DNA of 56,882 nt, from positions 1 through 56,882 of IMG/VR virus record IMGVR_UViG_3300007514_000698; one strand, written 5' to 3'. This DNA comes from a virus. Taxonomy: Duplodnaviria > Caudoviricetes. The notes under the pieces are model-generated. The model saw only the letters and a program-made list of their open reading frames with translations. It did no database searches and was not told the origin of the DNA. Shown piece by piece: positions 48,323-56,882 of the stretch. The first letter of the stretch is position 1. Each line of letters begins with the position of its first letter. The position numbers were made by a program, and so were the translations under genes.

Positions 48323-48525
48323 TTTTCTGCGAGCTCCTTTAATTCTTTAAAGGACATATTATCTACAATGTCCATTAGTTCAGCCAGGGTTACAATTTTT
48401 CCAGAATAATCTCTCCATGAGATATATCCGTTGGTATAGTTGGGCATACGTTTCATGCCCTGTACCGTTACCAGTTTATGAACATAACCCATTTGAGACA
48501 TCATAGGTGTATAAGAATTATTCAC
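48319..48525 (-). CDS. hypothetical protein
   Basis: AGGAGG RBS, GTG start. Confidence 0.5.
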   Translation of the reverse strand: MNNSYTPMMSQMGYVHKLVTVQGMKRMPNYTNGYISWRDYSGKIVTLAELMDIVDNMSFKELKELAEK

Positions 48526-48624
48526 TATAGCCTCCTAAATAAAGTACCAATAAAGTTTGAAACAATGCTCCTGCAAGAGCACAACCGATAAAACTACATA
48601 TAATAATTTTAAGTGCAGTTAACA

Positions 48625-48918
48625 TTAGTACATCGCCTCCTTCCGCATCTCCCGCTCATATTCTCTTTCGAGATACAGTTCCAGATCAGCAACGGTATGA
48701 ACACCATACTCTGCCCAATGATGAATATCATTAGTCAGCATACCGATAAAAAGATCAGGATTATTATCCATCTCTTTTTGGGATTCAAGATTGATTGAAT
48801 CAATATGTTTCACAAGCAGTTCTGCTTGTTCCGCATACCATTCATTAGCGGATTCAATCATATAGTTAACGTGTTGTGATTTCATATATCCCATATTAAC
48901 ACCTCGCTTCTGCTTCAT
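48625..48918 (-). CDS. hypothetical protein
   Basis: GMLTND..HWAEYGV.T pattern; GAGG RBS before MGYMK. Confidence 0.5.
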   Translation of the reverse strand: MKQKRGVNMGYMKSQHVNYMIESANEWYAEQAELLVKHIDSINLESQKEMDNNPDLFIGMLTNDIHHWAEYGVHTVADLELYLEREYEREMRKEAMY

Positions 48919-49087
48919 TAATAAGACGGTTCATCATTTCATCTTCAGAGATTCCAGATTCCCAATCTCTATCGCCTTTCGTTATAGCAACCCAACCTTT
49001 ATGACCCCAGCCTTTTTTCTGGCATTTCACAAAGCGGACTTCTATTAATTCTTTTAAAATTGATTCTGATTTTTTAGAAAGTTTCAT
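48896..49087 (-). CDS. hypothetical protein
   Basis: AGGAG RBS. Confidence 0.5.
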   Translation of the reverse strand: MKLSKKSESILKELIEVRFVKCQKKGWGHKGWVAITKGDRDWESGISEDEMMNRLINEAEARC

Positions 49088-49097
49088 TATATAGCTC

Positions 49098-49367
49098 CTA
49101 CCAATTATCGTCAGTTGACATTAATTTAAAATTTTCCTTTGCGATTTTCGCATTAGGATATTTCCAAGATTCAAAAGGATTTGAATGTTCACAATGTTTA
49201 TATTCACCTAATATCCAATTTTCAGAAATCCAATATTTATTTCCATTAGGTTTAACCATATACATTGTACAGTTATCCATAATTTTTCGATAATGCTTCG
49301 CATTATCTAATAGGGGTTTAACCATCTTTTTTAAATTCTTTTCAGTAGTAGTATCTAACATATTCAT
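49098..49367 (-). CDS. hypothetical protein
   Basis: AAGGA RBS. Confidence 0.5.
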   Translation of the reverse strand: MNMLDTTTEKNLKKMVKPLLDNAKHYRKIMDNCTMYMVKPNGNKYWISENWILGEYKHCEHSNPFESWKYPNAKIAKENFKLMSTDDNW

Positions 49368-49485
49368 TCCTTATAAACACATCATTAAAATTATTGTTAT
49401 TGCAAGACCAGCAAAGAGTAGAAGGTCAGTTATTAAGTCCATTAAGTTCATTTATTAAATCCTTATTAATTATTAATACAAGACC

Positions 49486-49514
49486 AGCTTATCAGAAAAC
49501 CCCATATATGTCAA
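49486..49514 (-). promoter_or_regulatory. sigma70-like early promoter (TTGACA-N17-TAAGCT)
   Basis: Perfect -35, TG extended -10, A-rich UP region; heads the minus-strand small-gene cluster. Confidence 0.8.
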
Positions 49515-49555
49515 GAGAAAAATGCACTTTTTTTCATTTATTTTTACTATGTCGC

Positions 49556-49641
49556 TAAGTCCTTTAAAAACAAGGAGTTATCCATTCGCCTTTTATTCTC
49601 CCCCCTATAATTCCCCTAAGTCCTTGTATCTAAAGGGGTTA
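49556..49641. repeat. two 25-bp quasi-palindromes between divergent promoters
   Basis: TAAGTCCTTTAAAAACAAGGAGTTA (49556-49580) and TAAGTCCTTGTATCTAAAGGGGTTA (49617-49641). Confidence 0.75.
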
Positions 49642-49673
49642 CGGAGAAAACGACGGGCCGCCACGCTTTTTCC

Positions 49674-49702
49674 TTGTATTAATTGGTAGAATAGTATAGG
49701 CT
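49674..49702 (+). promoter_or_regulatory. sigma70-like promoter (TTGTAT-N17-TAGGCT)
   Basis: Same layout as 22092-22120. Confidence 0.6.
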
Positions 49703-49706
49703 GAGT

Positions 49707-49904
49707 ATGTTAATAATAATTGAGGTAATTGATATGAAGTCTATGGTGAATGTTTTTAGATGGAATGAAAATCGCAATACCAGTTGTGTCGAAAAACGTG
49801 AGTATGATAGTTCTCGAAAAACTACCCTAGAGGATATTGAGAAAAGGCGTAGAATGAGAGATAAGAAGAATGTACAAAAGAGTTTTGTCGTTACATATAA
49901 TTAA
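49707..49904 (+). CDS. hypothetical protein
   Basis: GAGG RBS before the internal MKSM. Confidence 0.45.
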   Translation: MLIIIEVIDMKSMVNVFRWNENRNTSCVEKREYDSSRKTTLEDIEKRRRMRDKKNVQKSFVVTYN

Positions 49905-50149
49905 GTATGTAACAATCCCCTGTAACTTAAGCGAAAGGAATTATAATGCAATTAATGAAAGAGATTAAACAAGAGGTTTACCCTTTGACTGCTGAAGAAT
50001 TCAAACAGACTGAGAAGATTACCAATCAGGATGTTTTGATTATCATTAATGAAGCGGATGTTGAAGTAGAGTAAACAAGTGAAATTTACCGAAGTAAAAT
50101 CCCTTGAGTTGATCGTCAAGGAATGTAGGTAAGCTGAAATCACAAATAT

Positions 50150-50195
50150 AGGGAGATGGGGAATTGCACACGAGGCCGCCCATCTCCCTTTTTTT
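50150..50195 (+). terminator. rho-independent terminator
   Basis: AGGGAGATGGG-N18-CCCATCTCCCT followed by a T-run. Confidence 0.75.
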
Positions 50196-50280
50196 ATTTA
50201 ATGTATTCCTGCCATAGCAGATAACAATTTTAAACCGTAGTATAGAACAACCCCTATTCCTACAATCCACAATATAGTTT

Positions 50281-51015
50281 TCATGGACACCCCCATACGT
50301 TAAGTGTTATTAACCAGAATTTCCTACCCCCCGAAACATGAGGATTATCCCAACCATCTATAACGTATGGTTCTGGACACGGATTCCCTTCTTTATTCAT
50401 TGGTAATTTAAATCTGTATTTGCTTTTCTTTGTATAGATTAGATTATTGACATTTAAATCTTCATCATCATATCTAGTATATTCATAAGGACTTAATATA
50501 TTTTCTATACTTGATATAGATGGCAAACTACCTACCCCATTCATAGGGCCGTGATATATGTGATGAGGATGATAATCTTTTATTTGAAAACAAATGTCGT
50601 GGGAGAATTTATTTACAGCAGTTTCAAAAGCAACATATTGTTTAGAACTGTTAATCGTATTAACTAAGTCTCTTTTCCAGTTCCTTAAATTATAAGACAA
50701 TCCAAAGTGAATCACTAGGTCATATTGTTCTTTGAATTCCCAATGACCATCTTGGTCGAGAAGTGTTATGTTGGCATCGGGGTCTTTATCTAAAATAACT
50801 TCTAAACATTCAGCACGAGCATCGGTCATGGTAACGTCTGCACCTAGGCTCTTAAAGTATAATCCTACATTTCCAAATCCAGCACCTAGTTCTAAAATTG
50901 ACTTTCCTTCAAACCAATCTTTACCTAGAATGTTCTCTAGTTTTTTAACTCTTACTTTTCGCCACTCATTAAACCATCCGCCAAAGACTTCATTTTCTTC
51001 ATCTAGTATATTCAA
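50281..51015 (-). CDS. class I SAM-dependent methyltransferase
   Basis: SILELGAGFG, TDAR, YDLVIHFGLSY. Confidence 0.85.
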   Translation of the reverse strand: MNILDEENEVFGGWFNEWRKVRVKKLENILGKDWFEGKSILELGAGFGNVGLYFKSLGADVTMTDARAECLEVILDKDPDANITLLDQDGHWEFKEQYDLVIHFGLSYNLRNWKRDLVNTINSSKQYVAFETAVNKFSHDICFQIKDYHPHHIYHGPMNGVGSLPSISSIENILSPYEYTRYDDEDLNVNNLIYTKKSKYRFKLPMNKEGNPCPEPYVIDGWDNPHVSGGRKFWLITLNVWGCP

Positions 51016-51419
51016 TAAACAAAAACTCCATTTGGTTTTTCACCATCAACGTCAACGTGGATAAACTCTTTGTGTACACCTAGTCTTGGAAAATACTTTA
51101 AAAGGATTTCTAGTAATTGTTTTCTTTCTTCCATACCGACACAACCCACATCAGCTGCTACACATTTAATATGTGAAGATGTATCTCTGCTTCCTATGGA
51201 ACGATTATGTTCTAAGCATCTTATGCCACTATTAATTCTGATAGGTTGTTTATAATCTCTACGAGCCATTTCTAGTTTTTGTACCAGTACCATATTTATT
51301 TGACCAGTACCACAGCCACATTGGCAATCGAATTCTTTTTTATTAAAATGCTCAGTTAATCTTCCTTGCCGTAGTTCTGTTTTGTTTCCTTCCATATCAT
51401 ATACGAAAGCGTTGGGCAT
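51012..51419 (-). CDS. peptidase M15A (endolysin-like D-Ala-D-Ala peptidase)
   Basis: HF..EFDCQCG, INSGIRC.EHN..GS...SSH....ADV, FIHVD. Confidence 0.9.
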   Translation of the reverse strand: MPNAFVYDMEGNKTELRQGRLTEHFNKKEFDCQCGCGTGQINMVLVQKLEMARRDYKQPIRINSGIRCLEHNRSIGSRDTSSHIKCVAADVGCVGMEERKQLLEILLKYFPRLGVHKEFIHVDVDGEKPNGVFVY

Positions 51420-51674
51420 TTATCGTGCCTTCTTGGATGCAAGTTCTAATGCTTTACTTGGAGATTTCTTATCAGCGTATTTGACTTTCTTTCCTGATTT
51501 GACAACCCATACCTCATAACCACTAGATGTCAAATTGAACTCCTCTATTTCCCATCCCTTTTTCTGTAATTCCTTGACATACTTTTCGTCAGACTTTTCG
51601 AGCATACCAAGAGTTACCGCCGCCTTGAAATTGAACTTTGCTTTTTCACTCATTAAATCTTTATACGTTTTCAT
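51420..51674 (-). CDS. late-expressed hypothetical protein (MKTYK-type)
   Basis: Late promoter at 51706-51713; AAGGA RBS. Confidence 0.55.
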   Translation of the reverse strand: MKTYKDLMSEKAKFNFKAAVTLGMLEKSDEKYVKELQKKGWEIEEFNLTSSGYEVWVVKSGKKVKYADKKSPSKALELASKKAR

Positions 51675-51705
51675 AGGATTCCTTTTAAACTATTAATGAT
51701 ACTAG

Positions 51706-51736
51706 TATTTATAATCTCGAAAAAGTCTTATAAATA
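51706..51736. promoter_or_regulatory. divergent late promoters (TATAAATA - at 51706-51713; + at 51729-51736)
   Basis: Exact motifs. Confidence 0.8.
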
Positions 51737-51741
51737 GTTCC

Positions 51742-52191
51742 ATGAAATTATCACAAGCAATCAAACAATTTAAATCTGCGGATACTTATAAGAATCAGGG
51801 TAGTATTCATTGGTTCGTATGGTTATTAGAAAACCCGAACTCACCTATTGCTATGGCGGGTGCTGTGGATTTATATAACCATGATATTATTCATATCTTG
51901 CTGGATAGGGGCATGAACACCAAAGATGAAGCTATGGTCATAGGGTTTACAATGGGGAATTCAGATACTACCTCAGAATGGGTTAAGCGTTTGTTCTTAT
52001 TTTGTGCGAAATGGTTATATCCTGATGGGTATAGATTTCTGGAAGATGAGATTATCGAATACGAGAGGGGCTATGCTTATGGTCAATCTTTGAAAAGGCG
52101 GAACATTCATCTAGAAACATTTAACACCAGCGAGGATATTCGGGATATTAGAAAGCGATTTGGGATTAATTACATAGAAACAAGGAATTAA
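51742..52191 (+). CDS. Coq4-like metal-binding protein
   Basis: HDIIHILL...DEA.VIGFTMG resembles the Coq4 HDxxH-x11-E motif. Confidence 0.55.
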   Translation: MKLSQAIKQFKSADTYKNQGSIHWFVWLLENPNSPIAMAGAVDLYNHDIIHILLDRGMNTKDEAMVIGFTMGNSDTTSEWVKRLFLFCAKWLYPDGYRFLEDEIIEYERGYAYGQSLKRRNIHLETFNTSEDIRDIRKRFGINYIETRN

Positions 52192-52224
52192 TTTAAATAT
52201 GCTATTAAAAATTAAGATAAGTTT

Positions 52225-52232
52225 TATAAATA
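52225..52232 (+). promoter_or_regulatory. late promoter TATAAATA
   Basis: Exact motif upstream of the baseplate operon. Confidence 0.75.
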
Positions 52233-52247
52233 AGAAGGTAACGTCAG

Positions 52248-52382
52248 ATGAAGGCAAAAGAGTTTACTAGAAAAGAGAGAATCAGGAAAGTTACATCTAT
52301 TGGGAATTCTGTTCGCTCATGTCCAAAGAACAAGCATAAGAGAAGATGTTGGAAAAGGTATAGAGGACAAGGCAGAAGATAA
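52248..52382 (+). CDS. 44-aa basic protein ending YRGQG (seen upstream of gp25 in T4-like phages)
   Basis: MKAKEF...KVTSIG...NKHKRRCWKRYRGQGRR*; below the ORF-track cutoff. Confidence 0.65.
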   Translation: MKAKEFTRKERIRKVTSIGNSVRSCPKNKHKRRCWKRYRGQGRR

Positions 52383-52450
52383 TACTTGACCCAGCCGACA
52401 AGCATAAGCTAACATAAATCAAAATCGAATGTAAGGAAAAAGTTAATAAA

Positions 52451-52864
52451 ATGCCTATTTTTACCAAACCATTAAGTACGACAAATCGGACTTGGAGCGA
52501 TATAGATTTAGATTTTACATCCCATCCAGTAACAGGGGATATTAATAGGAAAAGGGGCGTAGAAGCTATTAAGAGATCAGTAAGAAATCTGATTTTGACC
52601 GATAAGTATGAACGTCCATTTAATCCAGAACTGGGAAGCGGATTGGCTGGATTATTGTTTGAGTTGGTTACACCGACAACAGCAACTGTTATTAAATTGC
52701 AGATTAAGGAATTACTAGAGAATTATGAACCTAGAATTATTCTTGATGATATTAAGATACAAGGTGATATAGACAGAAACGGATATTTCGTTACTTTAAA
52801 ATTTACACCAATTAATACAATACAGCCAGTCGTATTAGAGCTGTTCTTGGAGAGACTACGATAA
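52451..52864 (+). CDS. gp25: baseplate wedge subunit gp25
   Basis: SDIDLDF..HP, AIKRSVRNLILT..ERPFNP.LGS, NYEPR. Confidence 0.93.
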   Translation: MPIFTKPLSTTNRTWSDIDLDFTSHPVTGDINRKRGVEAIKRSVRNLILTDKYERPFNPELGSGLAGLLFELVTPTTATVIKLQIKELLENYEPRIILDDIKIQGDIDRNGYFVTLKFTPINTIQPVVLELFLERLR

Positions 52865-54693
52865 TGCCAATATCAAATAAACTACGGATTACAGATTTAG
52901 ATTTTGAACAGATTAAAATAAACTTGAAGGAATATCTGAGAGCTCAAACTGAATTTGAAGATTATGATTTTGAGGGAAGTGGTCTAGCGATCCTTATTGA
53001 CCTTCTTGCATACAATACTCATTACATGGGTTACTATGCTAATATGCTTGCGAATGAAATGTTTTTGGATTCTTCCGCATTAAGAGAGTCTATCCTATCT
53101 CACGCAAAACACCTCAACGTATTTCCAACATCCAGACGTTCCGCATCTGCAATGCTAAACATGACCTTCTCTCCAAGTGGTGCTCCAACCGCTTTACTAA
53201 TCGACAAAGGAACAAGATTCACAACAAGTATTAATGGAATTAGATATGGATTTCTGACTCCAACATCTACTACTGTTCCGAGATCAGCAACTGGAACTTA
53301 CTCTGTTACAAATTTAAAAATAGTCGAGGGTCAGATATTACGAAGATCGTATGTTGTAAATGGTGCCGATCCAGAACAAAGATTTATACTTCCAAATACA
53401 AATGTAGATACCACAACTATTACTGTAACGGTACAAAAATCAGCAAGTGATACTACGTTAACGACATATAAAGATGCAACCAGTTTGGATGTTAATACTG
53501 TTAAGTCATCAGACAACGTATTCTTTTTAGAAGAAATAGAAGGAAGTACATACGAACTTTTCTTTGGTGATGGTTCTGTTGGTACACAGGTTGAGGATGG
53601 TAATATTATTTTTATTGAATATATTACAACTTTAGGAGCTGCAGCGAATCAAGCAAATGTATTTACTGCTGTTGGTACTGTTGCATCTTTAACATCTAAT
53701 CAATATATTTTAGAAACTTCTGTTGCGGCAACTGGTGGGAGTGAGAAACAATCAGATCGTTCTCTTAAATTTCAAGCACCTAAACTTTATTCCGCACAAA
53801 GACGTGCTACAACAAAAGAAGATTATAAAGCAATTATATTAGAACAAAGACCTGACATAGAATCTATAACTGTTTATGGTGGTGAGGATGCAGACCCAGT
53901 ACAGTATGGAAAAGTTTTTGTTGCTGTCAAACCATCTGGTAATAATACATTTAGTACAACAACAAAGGATGAAATCAAAACTACTATTCTTGATAAGGTG
54001 AATGTTGTTACAGTACAACCTGAGATAATTGATCCTATATTCTTTTATCTTCTAATAGATGCTACGGTAAACTATGATCCTGTTAAACTCTTAACTGATG
54101 CGGCATCACTTGAAATAAATATTGATACTTCTATCCAAAGTTATTTCCAAACAGATTTGGAAAAGTTCGATCAGAAGTTTAGATACTCACAGTTAGTTCA
54201 AGACATTGATCTTACGGATAGTGCTGTTAGGAATAATAAAACGAATATAAGATACCAACAAAGAATTGTACCAAATAATTTTAGTGTTGCTCAAACATTT
54301 ACGCAATACTTTACTAATGCATTGAAGAAGGGAAGTTTTGTTTCAACTTCATTTACAGGTGCTGATGGTAATACATATTCTTTGGTTGATGATTCTTCAG
54401 GAAATATTAAAGCTGCAAGAACAACAAGCGGTGTAGTAGATAGTCCTGCTGTATATTTAACACAACCAGACGGTACAAAGAATCAGGGAACGATTGATTA
54501 CGATACTGGAAAAGTAGAATTGAATGGATTGATTATTGCAACGATTTCGGATGGAACACAGACGGTTCGATTAACCGTTACACCCGAAGTAAACAATTCT
54601 GATATTATACCATTGAGGGAACAGGTTTTAACTTATGATGTTACAGATACAGAATCTATTAAAATAACCATGAACTCTGAGACAATAATCTAA
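52864..54693 (+). CDS. gp6: baseplate wedge subunit gp6
   Basis: LDFEQIK, DYDFEGS, LAYNTHY, NEMFLDS, FGDG, AQRRATT.EDY, YGKVF. Confidence 0.95.
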   Translation: MPISNKLRITDLDFEQIKINLKEYLRAQTEFEDYDFEGSGLAILIDLLAYNTHYMGYYANMLANEMFLDSSALRESILSHAKHLNVFPTSRRSASAMLNMTFSPSGAPTALLIDKGTRFTTSINGIRYGFLTPTSTTVPRSATGTYSVTNLKIVEGQILRRSYVVNGADPEQRFILPNTNVDTTTITVTVQKSASDTTLTTYKDATSLDVNTVKSSDNVFFLEEIEGSTYELFFGDGSVGTQVEDGNIIFIEYITTLGAAANQANVFTAVGTVASLTSNQYILETSVAATGGSEKQSDRSLKFQAPKLYSAQRRATTKEDYKAIILEQRPDIESITVYGGEDADPVQYGKVFVAVKPSGNNTFSTTTKDEIKTTILDKVNVVTVQPEIIDPIFFYLLIDATVNYDPVKLLTDAASLEINIDTSIQSYFQTDLEKFDQKFRYSQLVQDIDLTDSAVRNNKTNIRYQQRIVPNNFSVAQTFTQYFTNALKKGSFVSTSFTGADGNTYSLVDDSSGNIKAARTTSGVVDSPAVYLTQPDGTKNQGTIDYDTGKVELNGLIIATISDGTQTVRLTVTPEVNNSDIIPLREQVLTYDVTDTESIKITMNSETII

Positions 54694-56768
54694 TGGCAAA
54701 GGTAAATCCGAATCAACCATTTCATCCTACGTTTGATGAACGGATAAGTGTCAAGGTAGAGAATCAGCTTCCTGCTTTTATTACACAGGATCATCCTACC
54801 TTTATATCGTTTATGCAAGCGTATTATGAGTATATGGAACAAAAGGGGAAACCCTATGAGATCATTGGTAATTTAAATAATTACGCAGACCTCGGAAAAA
54901 CTACGGATGAATTTTTAAAGTATTTTAAAAGTCAGTTCGCAGTAGATATTCCAGAGATTGCATTTAACTCTGCTAACAAACCTCTTGCATTAAAACGATT
55001 AAGAGATTTCTATCGTGCAAAGGGTAGTGAGAAATCATTTGATTTTTTCTTTAGGTTATTATATAATCAGGAAATTGAATTGTACTATCCCTCTGTTGAT
55101 ATACTTAGAACCTCGGATGGTAGATATGATAAAAGTCAAATTGTTAGGTGTGTTGATGCGAGTGGTACAGACCAAGTATTTAATTTAATTGGAAAGAAAA
55201 TTACTGGATCGGTTTCTGGTGCAACTGCTCTTGTTGAATCTATATTAAAAGAGAGTGTTGGTTCTACATTGGTTTCAACAATTTATCTTTCTGGAACGAT
55301 TGGAATTTTTGTAGGTGGTGAAACAATAACAGATGGTAATATTACTTTTGATCTTGGAAAGATGTTAACGGAAGTAGAAGTAGTTGTTGCTGGAAATAAT
55401 TATCCTCTTGGGGCTACAGTTCCCATTAGTGGTGGTGGTGTCGTAAACTCTGGTGCTGTTTGTAAGATTGCAGAATTGAGTGAAGGATCAATACTGACTG
55501 TTACGATTGCTGATGGTGGAAGTGGTTATATTGTCGGTGATAAGTTTACAGTTGACGATACAAATGTTCTATCTATTAATGGTAGAAGCGCTAGTGTTAT
55601 TGTTAAAGCGGTAGATGGTTCTGGTGCAGTTACCGAAGTTGAATTGGAAAATACTGGAAGGGGTTATACTGGTATACCAGTTCTTACTGGTGGGAGTGGT
55701 GTTGGTTTTATTCCTACTATAGTTGGTTGGGATATTGGTGGTATTAAAAAGATAAGTATAGATAACAATGGTTTTGGATTTACCTCAGAACCAGATTTAG
55801 ACTTAACAGGACTTGGAGATGGAAGTGCATCTGCATTTGCTAGTGTAGGTGCTTATGTTGGAAATTATAATGTCGGGTTTACTGGTGATAAAGGATTTTT
55901 ATCTGCTAATAAATATATCCAAGATAGTAGTTATTATCAACTATATTCTTATGTAATTACTTCTGGCGAAACAATCGACAAATGGCGTAATTTTGTAAAG
56001 AGAGCAATACATCCTGCTGGTTTAGCATTGTTTGGTAGGTATCAATTAATATCAAACTTAAAAACTAATTTACGAATTACTGGAATACCACAGACATCTA
56101 AATATAAAATTATTTTCCATGATGGTTCGATTGAACCGCCAAAAATATTAAATTTGAAAATAGATTCATGCGAAGGTGTAACGTGGGTTGTTGATGGTGA
56201 AGATTATGATTTAATAGCTAATGCTGTAACTGAAACCGAGGATGATGGTTTACTAACTGGAATTATAGATGATGGTGAAGATTTTGAAACCATCACCGAG
56301 TTTGTTGGTGTTTATATTGAACCAACTAAATGTCAGATTTATGAGCAAGACTTAGGTATTCAGAAATTAGTTGATGGGGGATTTGATGATTATCTTTTTG
56401 TCGATATAGTTGCTACGAGGATGGGTAATTTTGGATTGATAGATGAAGCAACTACTAATCCACAAGACTATGGTTGGCTTGGACAAACCATGTCTTTTGA
56501 ATCACAGTTGAGGTTAGGCCCAATCAAACGAAGTTTAGATAGACTGAAATTTAATATGCAAGGTGGATATAGTCAGAAGTGGGGTGTTGTGGTAAATGGG
56601 TGGCAACAATCAGGAACATCTATTGAGTCTTTTAAGAATGACAAGGTTTCAGATTATATATTCTTTGCTGGAAGTAAACATAAGAAAGTAACAAACGCTA
56701 CAATAACACAGTTCGTAACGGCAGATGAGGCAAGTTGGCCTGCAAATACTACTCTGCCATTTTCATAA
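54693..56768 (+). CDS. gp7: baseplate wedge initiator (gp7-like)
   Basis: QLP.FI, FYRAKGSEKSF, IQDS.YYQLYSY, HPAG; follows gp6. Confidence 0.78.
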   Translation: MAKVNPNQPFHPTFDERISVKVENQLPAFITQDHPTFISFMQAYYEYMEQKGKPYEIIGNLNNYADLGKTTDEFLKYFKSQFAVDIPEIAFNSANKPLALKRLRDFYRAKGSEKSFDFFFRLLYNQEIELYYPSVDILRTSDGRYDKSQIVRCVDASGTDQVFNLIGKKITGSVSGATALVESILKESVGSTLVSTIYLSGTIGIFVGGETITDGNITFDLGKMLTEVEVVVAGNNYPLGATVPISGGGVVNSGAVCKIAELSEGSILTVTIADGGSGYIVGDKFTVDDTNVLSINGRSASVIVKAVDGSGAVTEVELENTGRGYTGIPVLTGGSGVGFIPTIVGWDIGGIKKISIDNNGFGFTSEPDLDLTGLGDGSASAFASVGAYVGNYNVGFTGDKGFLSANKYIQDSSYYQLYSYVITSGETIDKWRNFVKRAIHPAGLALFGRYQLISNLKTNLRITGIPQTSKYKIIFHDGSIEPPKILNLKIDSCEGVTWVVDGEDYDLIANAVTETEDDGLLTGIIDDGEDFETITEFVGVYIEPTKCQIYEQDLGIQKLVDGGFDDYLFVDIVATRMGNFGLIDEATTNPQDYGWLGQTMSFESQLRLGPIKRSLDRLKFNMQGGYSQKWGVVVNGWQQSGTSIESFKNDKVSDYIFFAGSKHKKVTNATITQFVTADEASWPANTTLPFS

Positions 56769-56783
56769 ATTTTAAAAAAGTAT

Positions 56784-56791
56784 TATAAATA
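56784..56791 (+). promoter_or_regulatory. late promoter TATAAATA
   Basis: Exact motif. Confidence 0.75.
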
Positions 56792-56824
56792 TACAAAGAC
56801 AAACATTAAAAGGAAAATGTAATT

Positions 56825-56882
56825 ATGAGTGCTATAATCCATAACAGTTTTAGAAAATACAATGCAGATAACTTTATCACAT
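56825..56882 (+). CDS. gp8: baseplate wedge gp8-like, N-terminus (truncated by window end)
   Basis: MSAIIHNSFRKYNADNF; synteny after gp7. Confidence 0.65.
   Translation, partial: MSAIIHNSFRKYNADNFIT

Overview
This window is an AT-rich fragment of a large T4-like (Tevenvirinae/Kyanoviridae-grade) myovirus genome, probably from an uncultured marine phage. Core genes identified: RNase H, dCMP deaminase, dNMP kinase, gp33, gp32, gp2, gp4, gp26/gp51, gp48, gp53, hub, gp5, PAAR, gp25, gp6, gp7 and the start of gp8, with TATAAATA late promoters. The accessory load is unusually rich: DegP, ClpP, SbmA/BacA, IscA, NfuA, YfhL-type ferredoxin, aldehyde dehydrogenase, PurC, pterin dehydratase, 5-formyl-THF cyclo-ligase, five 2OG-Fe(II) oxygenases and a glycosyltransferase cluster. 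Top findings: (1) a three-gene secreted redox module (outer-membrane beta-barrel, 941-aa heme-c protein, type-1-copper cupredoxin-like protein); (2) a circularly permuted two-piece tmRNA close to ClpP; (3) a candidate -1 frameshift joining gp26 to a start-less gp51 frame just before the tape-measure-like gene; (4) a sequence signature (GGNCC, CCWGG and CCGG seen almost only where they overlap GpC) suggesting GpC-specific DNA hypermodification; (5) a ~360-nt hairpin-rich candidate ncRNA; (6) a dispersed 25-bp quasi-palindrome next to early promoters. All homology calls come from motif recognition by eye, not from database searches.
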